64,000 nt of DNA. Origin: Chloroflexota bacterium. GTDB lineage: Bacteria > Chloroflexota > Dehalococcoidia > Lucifugimonadales > QGNO01. This document shows positions 9,542 to 19,079 of this stretch, piece after piece. The stretch is from the NCBI GenBank assembly GCA_003228195.2, contig QGNO01000004.1, positions 1,267 through 65,266 of the forward strand. The letters are read 5' to 3'. The translations under genes were made by a program, and so were the position numbers. Within the stretch, counting starts at the first letter, position 1. Each line of letters begins with the position of its first letter. The notes under the pieces were generated by a model. The model did not search any database. It was not told where the DNA came from and worked only from the letters and a program-made list of their open reading frames with translations.

Positions 9542-9973
9542 CAATATAGGTCATCCCAGATGATGCCCCATTCTAGTAACAAGGCGTTACCTGGAGTGCC
9601 AGCTGCGTTTGATACAGTATCAGTAACGTCCTATTACTAAAATGAGGCAATGTACAGACTGCGGTGCCGAGCTCACCGTTCCATCCAGGCCTTTCTGCCA
9701 AGAATACGGCGCAAGAATCCGATCCCTGGAAGAAACCAAAGAGATTGTTCTCTTTAAAGCTTCCTCTTCTAGCTGTGTATCCTAACCCTCCTGCTCTTGA
9801 TGCCATACTAGATTTTCGAGTTACCAGATAATTCAAAATCCGCCAGTCGGTTTTTACAGCAAAATTTACAGTACCGGCAAATGACAACATTTTACACAGG
9901 CTTACATTGGTAGGTATAAATACCATCACGGGTTAACGTGGACTTACGAGTAGATACAACCTAGCGTACTTAA

Positions 9974-10064
9974 TTTACACGCAGGAGGCCACTGCTTCGA
10001 GCCCATTATCGCCCACACCAGTTTTTAGGCACAAATCAGCCCTCTGGCAAAGGATCGAAGGGCT
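9974..10064 (+). repeat. Degenerate 3' half of tRNA-Val(TAC) plus flank (copy 2)
   Basis: TTTACACGCAGGAGGCCACTGCTTCGAGCCCATTATCGCCCACACCA (loop TTTACAC) followed by the same flank as at 6192-6236. Confidence 0.75.
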
Positions 10065-10094
10065 TTTCTATGCCCTATTTCGTATCTAAAATAG

Positions 10095-10180
10095 TGGTGC
10101 CGAAGCCCGGACTCGAACCGGGATGGGGTCGCCCCCAATGGTTTTTGAGACCATCGCGTCTACCATTCCGCCACTTCGGC
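10095..10180 (-). tRNA. tRNA-Leu(CAA)
   Basis: GCCGAAGTGGCGGAATGGTAGACGCG-ATGGT CTCAAAA ACCAT-long variable arm-GGTTCGAGTCC-GGGCTTCGGCACCA. Confidence 0.97.
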
Positions 10181-10256
10181 ACAATGCCATTCTAGTCACC
10201 CTTTGTCTTCCCCGCAATCTATCCTGATATTTTTCTTCCCCTTTAGTTATTTTACC

Positions 10257-10286
10257 TTGACACTATATTTAGGGCTGTCATACTAT
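10257..10286 (+). promoter_or_regulatory. Sigma70-type promoter for tRNA-Phe/Gly
   Basis: TTGACA-N18-TACTAT, 8 nt before tRNA-Phe. Confidence 0.6.
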
Positions 10287-10294
10287 GAAGCCGC

Positions 10295-10366
10295 GCCGAG
10301 GTAGCTCAGTGGTAGAGCAGTGGACTGAAAATCCTCGTGTCGGTGGTTCGACTCCGCCCCTCGGCA
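10295..10366 (+). tRNA. tRNA-Phe(GAA), CCA not encoded
   Basis: GCCGAGGTAGCTCAGTGGTAGAGCA...CTGAAAA...GGTTCGACTCC GCCCCTCGGCA. Confidence 0.95.
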
Positions 10367-10397
10367 CTTGCAAGAGCTATCAGTCGCGGAGAAAAGT

Positions 10398-10472
10398 GCG
10401 GAAGTGGCTCAGTGGTAGAGCATCACCTTGCCAAGGTGAGGGTCGCGGGTTCGAATCCCGTCTTCCGCTCCA
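10398..10472 (+). tRNA. tRNA-Gly(GCC)
   Basis: GCGGAAGTGGCTCAGTGGTAGAGCA-TCACC TTGCCAA GGTGA-GGTTCGAATCC-CGTCTTCCGCTCCA. Confidence 0.97.
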
Positions 10473-10538
10473 CTTTCACGCTCTAAAGTCTCTACCAAAA
10501 TGTGACTCTTTCGGAACAGCTGCTGATTTATATACGCC

Positions 10539-11579
10539 ATGGAGGCACGAATGTCGGTCCTTTGTGTAACATCAATAAACTCTGGTGATGGCAAAACAGC
10601 TTTTTGCGCTGGGGTTACTCTACTATCAAAAAAGTTGGGTAAACAAATTGATGCCGTAAAGCCACTTAACATCTCTGAATTGACGGAACCGGATAACGAC
10701 GCGACGTTCTTGGCAAGTATAAGCGGCACAGAAAATCAGCCTGGTTGGCCCGATTTGGCCAAATCTCATAGTAATAATGCTCAACTATTAAGTGAAGTCC
10801 CGAAGATCATTAAAAGGATCCTTAGTATCAAGAACGATGTTATTGTGGAGCTCCCTTCATTATCGGACGGAGGCAAAGACAGGTCATCCATTCCAATAGA
10901 ATTAATTGAAGGCCTAGAAGGAGAAGTGATTTTAATAGCCTCCTACTCTCGAAAACTTACTTCAAAGTTAATAATTGGATCGGCTAATAGAATTGGTAAG
11001 AAATTAGCAGGAGTAATAGTAAACCAAGTTCCGAGATATCGTTACAAAGAGACTGAATCTGCTTTACAACACGATCTTACATCTGTCGGCATTAATGTGC
11101 TCGGCTTTATTCCCGAGGAACGGTCGTTACAAGGCGTAACGGTAGGGCAAATAGCAGAACACTTGGGTGGAGAATACTTGCTTGGAGAAGACAAAAAAAA
11201 TCAGCTGTTTGACAATGTACTTATCGGTGGAATCGTCCTAGACAATGGCGTTGAGTATTTCAACCTTAATGAAACCAAAGCAGTATTAGTCAGAGCGGAT
11301 CGCCCAGACATTCAAATGGCTGCCCTTAAAACACCTACAAAATGCCTCGTACTTACTGGTGGACATAAACCGGTACAGTACATTGAACATGAGGCTAGAG
11401 AAGAGTCAGTTCCAGTCATAATGGTTAAGCAAGGCACATTGGAATCATCAAGAGAATTGGATACTTTGTTTCAATCCTCTACTGTTCACCATAATGAAAA
11501 AGCGGAAACTTTTGCCAGTTTAATTGAAAAACATTTTGATATTGAAGCATTGAGCCCAATAATCGGTTGGACCTCATAG
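10539..11579 (+). CDS. BioD-like/DRTGG domain protein (phosphotransacetylase N-terminal-like, no catalytic Pta domain)
   Basis: N-terminal GDGKTA P-loop; DRPDIQMAAL...LVLTGG (DRTGG domain). Confidence 0.85.
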   Translation: MEARMSVLCVTSINSGDGKTAFCAGVTLLSKKLGKQIDAVKPLNISELTEPDNDATFLASISGTENQPGWPDLAKSHSNNAQLLSEVPKIIKRILSIKNDVIVELPSLSDGGKDRSSIPIELIEGLEGEVILIASYSRKLTSKLIIGSANRIGKKLAGVIVNQVPRYRYKETESALQHDLTSVGINVLGFIPEERSLQGVTVGQIAEHLGGEYLLGEDKKNQLFDNVLIGGIVLDNGVEYFNLNETKAVLVRADRPDIQMAALKTPTKCLVLTGGHKPVQYIEHEAREESVPVIMVKQGTLESSRELDTLFQSSTVHHNEKAETFASLIEKHFDIEALSPIIGWTS

Positions 11580-11639
11580 GTTGAGAGTTGTTAGCATAAC
11601 TGGCCAAGATACGATACTTTACTTTGGCCCGGAGGTTGG

Positions 11640-12029
11640 ATGAATTTGGACGCTTTAGGCAAGCATCTCATATTAGAACTTAAGCAGTGTGACAAAACTT
11701 TGCTAAATGATCTTGATTACGTGAAGGACTCTATGATGGAAGCTGCAAGAACAATCGGCGCAACAATACTGGACGAAACCTTTCACAAATTCAGCCCCCT
11801 AGGTGTTACAGGAGTTGTAGCAATTGCAGAATCTCATCTCACGATTCATACTTGGCCCGAGTATGCCTATGCAGCAGTTGATATATTCTCATGCAGCGAC
11901 ACATTTAAGCCTCAAAAGGCAGCGGCATTCCTCAAAGACAGATTCGGAGCGATCGAATCTTCTACGACTGAAATAGCACGCGGCATCTTAAGTGAATTAG
12001 CAAGCTTGCCTTCAGAATCAGCATTATAA
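11640..12029 (+). CDS. speD: S-adenosylmethionine decarboxylase proenzyme (SpeD/SpeH)
   Basis: GKHLILE, FSPLGVTG, IAESHLTIHTWPE (E-S cleavage site) and AAVDIFSC. Confidence 0.95.
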   Translation: MNLDALGKHLILELKQCDKTLLNDLDYVKDSMMEAARTIGATILDETFHKFSPLGVTGVVAIAESHLTIHTWPEYAYAAVDIFSCSDTFKPQKAAAFLKDRFGAIESSTTEIARGILSELASLPSESAL

Positions 12030-12031
12030 AT

Positions 12032-12943
12032 ATGGCTGAGACTCCTACAAGATGGTATTACGAATACATTACTCCAGATCTATTCCTGTCTTCACATTTA
12101 TCGAAAATAGTGTTCTCCGGGCAAACAAAGTATCAACAGATTGAAATCATAGATACAGTACCATTTGGACGGACGCTTGTCCTTGACGGTCGAACTCAAT
12201 CTTCCGAAGCCGATGACTTCATCTACCATGAAACTCTTGTACATCCTGGAATGATTCTCCACAAAAATCCTAAGTCGGTCTTCATCGCTGGGGGGGGGGA
12301 GGGCTCTACGTTACGTGAAGTCTTGGCACATACATCTGTAGAAAATGTCACGATGCTAGACCTGGATCAAGAAGTGGTGGATTTGTGCAAGAAATACCTC
12401 CCAAACCATCATCGCGGCAGCTTTGGAGACTCCCGTCTCACACTAATTTTCGAGGATGCTTATAAGTATCTTTTCCAGGACAAAAATCGGTACGATGTCA
12501 TAATTATTGACATACCAGATCCTCTAGAAGGAGGCCCTGCCTACCTTTTGTATACACAAGAGTTTTACGCTATGGTGAAAAACAGACTGAAGCCCGGTGG
12601 AATACTTATGGTTCAGTCGGGATCAGCTGGTCCGCTAGATTATTCAGAGATTTTCACCGCCATAAACAAAACTTTACAATCTGTATTTCGGTCAACTATG
12701 CCCTACCACGTATACATGCCTTCTTTTGGGTTGGTGTGGGGATTCGTTATAGCGGGTGAGACCTTGCCGGCAATAACAATGGGTGAAATAGACTCACGAG
12801 TCCAAGATAGGATTTCCGGCAATCTACAGTTCTACGACGGCACAACACACTCAAACATCTTTTCTCTGCCGAAATACCTGCGCGAAGCTATAGCAAAAGA
12901 AGATAGAATTATCACTAAAGACAACCTGCTTTTTGTTGTGTAA
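12032..12943 (+). CDS. speE: Spermidine synthase / polyamine aminopropyltransferase
   Basis: LVLDGRTQS, YHETLVHP, AGGGEG and DVIIIDIPDP. Confidence 0.95.
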   Translation: MAETPTRWYYEYITPDLFLSSHLSKIVFSGQTKYQQIEIIDTVPFGRTLVLDGRTQSSEADDFIYHETLVHPGMILHKNPKSVFIAGGGEGSTLREVLAHTSVENVTMLDLDQEVVDLCKKYLPNHHRGSFGDSRLTLIFEDAYKYLFQDKNRYDVIIIDIPDPLEGGPAYLLYTQEFYAMVKNRLKPGGILMVQSGSAGPLDYSEIFTAINKTLQSVFRSTMPYHVYMPSFGLVWGFVIAGETLPAITMGEIDSRVQDRISGNLQFYDGTTHSNIFSLPKYLREAIAKEDRIITKDNLLFVV

Positions 12944-12948
12944 TATTT

Positions 12949-14841
12949 TCAAATATCAGAGATTTCTATTTTTAAGTGTGACGGATACCTTGAATCATGA
13001 TAAATACTATTAGTAGCGATTCTCGTATGAGTATTGCGCCCTAAAGGCTCCCCGGTATTTGGATTAACATCGAACCTCGGGAAATTGGAGCTAGATATGT
13101 CTACTCTTATAGAGTGACCTTTGCCAAAAATATTCGCACTAGGATACATAACTATAGTTATCGGATATATCGACCCAACTGTCATAGAAGAGGGTCTTTC
13201 CCAAGAATCCCTGTAACGCATCCTAAATATACTGTCACTTATGTTGAGAGCAAATCCATCCGGATAGTCAGGATTAGGAGGATATAAATCTATAAGCTTC
13301 GCTGTGAAATCGGTGTCCGGAGCATCAGAAGAAACCCACAAGGTTGCTTCAATTGACCCAACCAATTTCAAATCACTCTTGAGTCGCTCCGTTTGAAACA
13401 CCAAAACATCTTGGCGAGCACCTAAAGATTCATTGTACGGTGGCTTAGCTCCGTAAACATTCTCTGCTTCCCTTTGATCCCAACCCCCAGCCAGCACTAT
13501 CTGCTCGACCCGATACGACTGCGGCAGCTGATTGGCATCCGCAATAAAGCTTGGTATAGGACGTAACGTGGCCAACGACGATACGTTACCCCCTATCGAT
13601 GGCACAGGATCCTTAGGGTCGAATAAGTAAGTAGAAAAAGACTCTTCGACTATAGGTTTATTAGTATGTAATGGACCGTCCGCATTAAGATATAACTTAT
13701 ACGCCTTGCTCGTATCCAACGGCCAATTCTCCGTTTCTATCCAATAGCCTCCGTGGTTTAGTCGCCCGTCCCTATTCTTATTTCCGTCACCACCACCCAT
13801 AATAAATATCCTTACTTTCGAATCCCTTTCAACTCCATTATCAACATCCTTAAGCCAGTGATCGAACCACCTTAGTCGCTCACGGTTGTAATCAATGGGT
13901 GCCTCAGATCCCAAATCTATCCCACCAGAATAGGTGTTTCCCATGGTCCCATCACCGTGGGTCCATGGCCCCATAATCAAACGAAACGGCCCTTTCTTCC
14001 TACTAGACAAACCTACATAATTTTCTATGTTTGCCCTAGTATATGAATCGTACCAAGCGCTGGAAAAAACTGTAGGTACATCAGCAAACTGATCCCAGTG
14101 AACCTGGAAATTGACACTCGGATCTTCCCAAAGCTCGTTATAATCACCAGAGGTCAGTAATTTAATAGCAAGTTCCTCGTAAGCAGGAGCGTGGGCCAAC
14201 GGAGTTTGTCCTTTTTTTATCGGCAATTGCTTCAAGATTTCACGAGTGTCCGATTTTGCCAACGATTTGATAGCCGCTTCCGTATCCTTCAACGAAGCAT
14301 TGTCGTTCATAGCAGCGTGCCAATACAGCCAAGTGAGGAACCTCAATTCTAAAGCGCCACCATGCCTTAAAGTACTAGTATACCCATTAGATGCTCCCTC
14401 ATTGACCCACATACATTTCAGGCCAGGGGCATTCAATACTGCCAAAGAGTTCTGCGTCCATCCAGCGTAAGAAGTGCCAGTAGTGCCAATGTTTCCATTA
14501 CACCACGCTTGTTCGGTAATCCAGGTCATTGTGTCGAATCCGTCTGGTCCCTCTTGCCAGAAAAAACCGAACTCGCCTTCTGACTGGTAACACGCTCTGC
14601 AATCCTGCATGACAAATATATATCCACGCTCCGCAAAATACCTGCAGTTCTTCTCGATGCGGTCTGGTGCACGCTTATTGTATGGTGTCCGCTCCAAGAT
14701 TACTGACAGGGGCCATTCGGCTGTCTTTCCGCTTTGTTCAACAGGGAAGTATATGTCCGTTGCCAGCCTCACACCGTCTCGCATGGGAACCAAGACATTT
14801 TCCATCACCATCACGCCAAATTCAGATCGGTAGAGCGTCAT
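12949..14841 (-). CDS. CocE/NonD family hydrolase
   Basis: MRDGVRLATDIY, RTPY, GTSYAG nucleophile elbow, GPWTH and SSSNFPRFDVNPNTG. Confidence 0.93.
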   Translation of the reverse strand: MTLYRSEFGVMVMENVLVPMRDGVRLATDIYFPVEQSGKTAEWPLSVILERTPYNKRAPDRIEKNCRYFAERGYIFVMQDCRACYQSEGEFGFFWQEGPDGFDTMTWITEQAWCNGNIGTTGTSYAGWTQNSLAVLNAPGLKCMWVNEGASNGYTSTLRHGGALELRFLTWLYWHAAMNDNASLKDTEAAIKSLAKSDTREILKQLPIKKGQTPLAHAPAYEELAIKLLTSGDYNELWEDPSVNFQVHWDQFADVPTVFSSAWYDSYTRANIENYVGLSSRKKGPFRLIMGPWTHGDGTMGNTYSGGIDLGSEAPIDYNRERLRWFDHWLKDVDNGVERDSKVRIFIMGGGDGNKNRDGRLNHGGYWIETENWPLDTSKAYKLYLNADGPLHTNKPIVEESFSTYLFDPKDPVPSIGGNVSSLATLRPIPSFIADANQLPQSYRVEQIVLAGGWDQREAENVYGAKPPYNESLGARQDVLVFQTERLKSDLKLVGSIEATLWVSSDAPDTDFTAKLIDLYPPNPDYPDGFALNISDSIFRMRYRDSWERPSSMTVGSIYPITIVMYPSANIFGKGHSIRVDISSSNFPRFDVNPNTGEPLGRNTHTRIATNSIYHDSRYPSHLKIEISDI

Positions 14842-14948
14842 AAGTGCACTCCTCAGAAAATTTTTGTAAATATATCACTGCCTACTTTAAGGGTAAAGCA
14901 ATTAATTGACCTTAGGAGTATTATTGTGTAGGTCTTCCCAGCTTCACC

Positions 14949-16217
14949 ATGAAAACATTAGCCAATCCCAAAGATAAGCGAATATTCTTTGGCTGGTATA
15001 TAGTGGCAGGAGCAGCTATTCAAGCCTTCTTTACTTCGGCAACATTCTTTTTTGGATTCACAGCATTTTTTAATCCTATATCGAATGAGTTCGGCTTCAG
15101 CAAAGCTGCGACGGCTATAGCCTTGTCACTTCAAAGAACAGAGTCAGGAATAGTAGGCCCGTTCGTTGGATTCTTAGTGGATCGCTATGGTGCACGAGGA
15201 GTGATGCTCACTGGTACCACAGTAACAGCCGTTGGCTTCTTCGCCCTTGCTAGGATTAGTTCATTAATTACCTTCTACATTTCTTTCGGTTTGCTCGCGC
15301 TTGGGATCGCGATGGCAACAATGATTACAACCACTCCAGTAATCAGCAATTGGTTCATTCGGATGAGGACTCGGGCCCTTACATTTGCTTTTGCTGGTGG
15401 AGCTTCGGGTGGATTGGCGGCACCGTTGCTCGTATGGGCGATCAGTACTTACGGATGGAGATCCGTATTAGACTGGATAGGTATAGGCACGCTTATAGTT
15501 GGTATACCTATATCGCTAATTATGAGGCATCGACCGGAACAATACGGCTACTTGCCAGACGGTATGAGTCCAATAAACAAGGATGCTTCAGGCAATCCAA
15601 TCAATCATCATGTAAACGCCCCATACACAGAGCCGACATTTACTATCAGAGAAATTTTAAAAACACGAGCACTCTGGATGTTAGTCATTGGAATGGGCTT
15701 ATCAGGAATGGTAATGTCCATAACAGTAGTGATGATAATCCCCAGTTTGGAAAGTTACGGTTTATCTACCATCACAGCTGGCTTTGCAGTCATGGCTCTA
15801 GCAATAGGTAACGTGACAGGCCGTTTATTACTCGGGTTCCTAGCTGACAAAATGAATAAAAGGAACGTCCTGTGTTTCACATATTTGATGTTTTCTTTAG
15901 GAGCACTTTCATTCGGCTTAATGACGGAGCTCTGGCACTTAGCTATATTCATTCCCCTTTATTCTTTGGCCCACGGGGGGACCGTCCCGGTCAGATTTGC
16001 CCTTCTGGCTGACTATTTTGGTAGACAATCGTACGGGTCACTGGTAGGAATCACAATGACTCTAACAGCGGGTTTCAGCATAATAGGACCCGTCTTTACG
16101 GGCTTAGTATTTGATATAACCGGTAGTTATAGACCAGCATTCATCATCGTTGGGTTACTCATGATCCCAACTATACCAATCACTCTTTTGGTAAAGCCTC
16201 CGGCTTACAAAACGTAA
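14949..16217 (+). CDS. MFS transporter (OFA/MCT-like)
   Basis: FFGWYIV, G.LVDRYGAR motif A, ADYFG and 12 TM segments. Confidence 0.9.
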   Translation: MKTLANPKDKRIFFGWYIVAGAAIQAFFTSATFFFGFTAFFNPISNEFGFSKAATAIALSLQRTESGIVGPFVGFLVDRYGARGVMLTGTTVTAVGFFALARISSLITFYISFGLLALGIAMATMITTTPVISNWFIRMRTRALTFAFAGGASGGLAAPLLVWAISTYGWRSVLDWIGIGTLIVGIPISLIMRHRPEQYGYLPDGMSPINKDASGNPINHHVNAPYTEPTFTIREILKTRALWMLVIGMGLSGMVMSITVVMIIPSLESYGLSTITAGFAVMALAIGNVTGRLLLGFLADKMNKRNVLCFTYLMFSLGALSFGLMTELWHLAIFIPLYSLAHGGTVPVRFALLADYFGRQSYGSLVGITMTLTAGFSIIGPVFTGLVFDITGSYRPAFIIVGLLMIPTIPITLLVKPPAYKT

Positions 16218-16423
16218 TCTATTACTACAAAATCATTAATGCATCTGTATAATAAGGGATGATTAAATGGCGATTTTGACTAAAGGCTGCATGGAATTAT
16301 TAAACTAAACATATATAATTGCCACTGGATAAATGGGAGTAGGCACAACCTTAATCCAGGACGCATTTTGAACTTGTTTATCGCTGAAGTAATTCAGCAG
16401 TAAAAGTGATGGGAGGAAAATAA

Positions 16424-17356
16424 ATGACTAAAACCCTCGATTTCGACGTATTGATTATCGGCGGAGGTGCGACTGGACTTAGTGCCGCTCTATACGCGTC
16501 TAGAGCTATGCTAAAAACAGCAGTTGTGGAAAAACTCGCCCCCGGAGGACAGATAATGCTTACAGATGTCATCGAGAATTATCCTGGTTTCCCAGACGGT
16601 GTGACCGGGCCAGAATTGGCCCGGCTTTACGAGGACCAGTCGGTTAAGTATGGGGCAGAAATACTCTACGATACAATAACAAGTATTGATGTAACTGGCT
16701 CATCTAAAACTGTAGTGGGATCAGACTACGAATTTAACGCAAAATCTGTGATTATTGCTTCTGGTGGTGATCACAATAAACTCGGTGTGCCAGGAGAAGA
16801 TACATTTTCTGGCAAAGGTGTTTCGTACTGCGCAACTTGTGACGGCAACTTTTTTAGGAATGTACCAGTAGCCGTTGTAGGTGGAGGGGACTCTGCATTG
16901 CAGGAAAGTCTGTACTTAACCCAAATGACTGAAAGTGTCACCATTATTCATAGAAGAGATCAATTGAGGGCAAGCAGAATCCTACAACAACGAGCGTTGA
17001 ACAACCCCAAGATAGACTTCAGATGGAACTCAGCAGTAGTAGAAGCCCACGGAAATGGTGAGATGGAGTATCTAGACCTTAAAGACACACGAACCGGCGA
17101 ACTTTCTAAACTGACAATACCAGGTCTATTCATATTCATAGGTTTTCATCCTAATACACAGTTTATAAGCAAGAGTGGAATCGAATTTGACGGTGGAGGC
17201 CACATAATTACCAATATGGCTATGGAAACAAACATTCCAGGTATTTTTGCAGGCGGGGATGTTAGGTCAAACTCCCATAGACAACTAGGTACGGCGGTGG
17301 GTGATGGTATAACCGCCGCTCTTAGCGCATTCCATTATCTTGAAGACTCCATCTGA
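16424..17356 (+). CDS. trxB: Thioredoxin-disulfide reductase
   Basis: IIGGGATG, IENYPGF, GVSYCATCDG, VGGGDSA and GIFAGGDV. Confidence 0.96.
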   Translation: MTKTLDFDVLIIGGGATGLSAALYASRAMLKTAVVEKLAPGGQIMLTDVIENYPGFPDGVTGPELARLYEDQSVKYGAEILYDTITSIDVTGSSKTVVGSDYEFNAKSVIIASGGDHNKLGVPGEDTFSGKGVSYCATCDGNFFRNVPVAVVGGGDSALQESLYLTQMTESVTIIHRRDQLRASRILQQRALNNPKIDFRWNSAVVEAHGNGEMEYLDLKDTRTGELSKLTIPGLFIFIGFHPNTQFISKSGIEFDGGGHIITNMAMETNIPGIFAGGDVRSNSHRQLGTAVGDGITAALSAFHYLEDSI

Positions 17357-17375
17357 TATACGGCAACTAAGAGAC

Positions 17376-17409
17376 AAAAAAAATGGCCGGACAAGTCCGG
17401 CCATTTTTT
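17376..17409. terminator. Bidirectional intrinsic terminator between trxB and the iscA-like gene
   Basis: AAAAAAATGGCCGGAC-AA-GTCCGGCCATTTTTT inverted repeat with A and T tails. Confidence 0.9.
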
Positions 17410-17426
17410 AATTTAGTCCAAAACTA

Positions 17427-17774
17427 CTACTGCGCACCACAACCACATGATCCACCACCACCACAACAACCACCACCCGATTGGGTATTGGGATTATTGA
17501 TGACGAAACCACTGCGCTGCAAACCTTCCATATAATCTATCTCGGAACCATCTAACATAGGGAGACTCTCCTGATCAACTACAATCTGAACACCATTAGA
17601 GTGGACAACTACATCATCCTCATTCGTCTCTCCATCCAATGAAAGCGAGTATCCGGCACCACCAGCCGCAAATCCTATTCTCAAAGCAGCGTCAGCTTTC
17701 CCTTCCTCTTCAATAAGTTCCTTAAGTTTTTGCGCCGCCAATTCACTAATAGTGATAGTTCCCAATTCATTCAC
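17427..17774 (-). CDS. HesB/IscA family Fe-S assembly accessory protein (atypical Cys pattern)
   Basis: ITISELAAQKL, VD.ESLPMLDGSEIDY, GFVINNPN and C-terminal CCGGGGSCGCG. Confidence 0.85.
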   Translation of the reverse strand: MNELGTITISELAAQKLKELIEEEGKADAALRIGFAAGGAGYSLSLDGETNEDDVVVHSNGVQIVVDQESLPMLDGSEIDYMEGLQRSGFVINNPNTQSGGGCCGGGGSCGCGAQ

Positions 17775-17924
17775 TTTAGGGTCTCCTTTAATTATGTCTA
17801 ATTAATCCAACCTTGAGTTCACCAAGGCATTTCAACAGTTCAACCAAAGTGTAGCATCACATAGTTTCAAGATCAACAGGCGACAGTATTAACGTAGGCA
17901 CTATCGACATATTTTATGTACTTA

Positions 17925-17953
17925 TTGACATATTTCGTCACATTCATTACGAT
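17925..17953 (+). promoter_or_regulatory. Sigma70-type promoter for the Lrp/AsnC gene
   Basis: TTGACA-N17-TACGAT. Confidence 0.55.
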
Positions 17954-17987
17954 ATCCAGTCACAGTCAAGTACAAAATAGCGCCTAA

Positions 17988-18470
17988 TTGGATACCATAC
18001 GCATGGATAATATAGATCTGAAAATCATAGCCATTCTTCAAGAAAACGGTCGAGTTTCTAACTTAGGCATTGGGAGCAGCATTGGAATTAGCGAGGGGAC
18101 AGTCCGTCGCAGGCTCAAGCACTTATTGGACAACAAAATAATAAACATCGCCGCAATTCCAGACTTGGAACGAATGGGATATAACGCTTCAGCTCTAGTT
18201 GGAATACAAACTGACCCGGACAAAATAGAATCTGTAGCAGATCGTTTGTGTGAATTGTCGGAAATACAGTATGTCACTCTGACTACTGGCTCTTTCGACA
18301 TTTTTGTGTGGATAGCGCTACCAACCGCTAAAGAACTAGGTGTATTTCTTCGGGAAAAACTAGGGTTGACTCCCGGAATACGCCGTACAGAAACTTTCGT
18401 GAGTTTATCTACCAAAAAACCAACATTTTCCAATAAGAATGGACTAGAATCCAGTAAACTTTCTTCGTAG
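17988..18470 (+). CDS. Lrp/AsnC family transcriptional regulator
   Basis: MDNIDLKIIAILQENGR..HTH..SEGTVRRRL, TGSFD and GIRRTET. Confidence 0.93.
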   Translation: MDTIRMDNIDLKIIAILQENGRVSNLGIGSSIGISEGTVRRRLKHLLDNKIINIAAIPDLERMGYNASALVGIQTDPDKIESVADRLCELSEIQYVTLTTGSFDIFVWIALPTAKELGVFLREKLGLTPGIRRTETFVSLSTKKPTFSNKNGLESSKLSS

Positions 18471-18848
18471 TCTCTCCAAAAAACCTATTTCCGGCCTATC
18501 AATTGGCTCCCCTCGCCATCGCTTTTCATATTTTTGTCCAGGCCTAATAAATATTAGAGAGTAACCTACTATAAAAATCACTACCGCCCCCCACACCATC
18601 AAAGAGCCAAGAAAGCCAGGGAAACTGGGGCCCAATAGTAAAGCAACTAATAGCAATATTAAACTCGATAGAACTATCTTGCCTGGGCGTATGTTTTTTA
18701 TAGCATCACTTAAGGAACGTGACTCAGTATCCGATGAAACTTCAGGCTTTTCGGAAGTTTGGATGGAACTTTCGTCATTTTCCACTTCTATGTTACTGAG
18801 AATATCCTCAATCTCTCTTCGATATCTTTCCTTCATTGTGGACTCCAC
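18444..18848 (-). CDS. Hypothetical membrane protein (2 TM)
   Basis: RYRREIEDIL N-terminus, two hydrophobic helices and a YEKRWRG motif. Confidence 0.7.
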   Translation of the reverse strand: MESTMKERYRREIEDILSNIEVENDESSIQTSEKPEVSSDTESRSLSDAIKNIRPGKIVLSSLILLLVALLLGPSFPGFLGSLMVWGAVVIFIVGYSLIFIRPGQKYEKRWRGEPIDRPEIGFLERLRRKFTGF

Positions 18849-19079
18849 ACATATCGAAATTCGTACAGAATGTCTGACTTGTTAACCTAACAGCTTAGTG
18901 ATTTGGGTCAAGTCATCACACAACTGCCATCATACTTCAGAACGCCTTCAAAGTATAAACGATTCTAAGGGTACAAGTAACTACAAAGTCGCTATAATGA
19001 ACGAGGGGAGAATTCCAAACTATATCTTGTGTGTAGCTTGGAATTGTATTCATCAATAACTTGGTGTTGGATTTTTTAC

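Larger units (their letters stand above)
1485..10108. mobile_element. Genomic island or island remnant at the tRNA-Leu(CAA) 3' end, no integrase visible
   Basis: Flanking 14-bp direct repeat of the tRNA 3' end; internal tRNA fragments; heterogeneous accessory cargo; low coding density. Confidence 0.7.

Noticed and set aside
9573-9929. 118-aa minus-strand ORF in the island
   Set aside because: No recognisable motif or SD; may be a decayed gene but cannot be assigned
10320-10336. T-T mismatch in the tRNA-Phe anticodon stem and missing encoded CCA
   Set aside because: A single stem mismatch and post-transcriptional CCA addition are both common; the gene has a promoter and is otherwise canonical
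10285-10729. ORFs 10285-10569 (+) and 10409-10729 (-)
   Set aside because: Translations of the tRNA-Phe and tRNA-Gly genes
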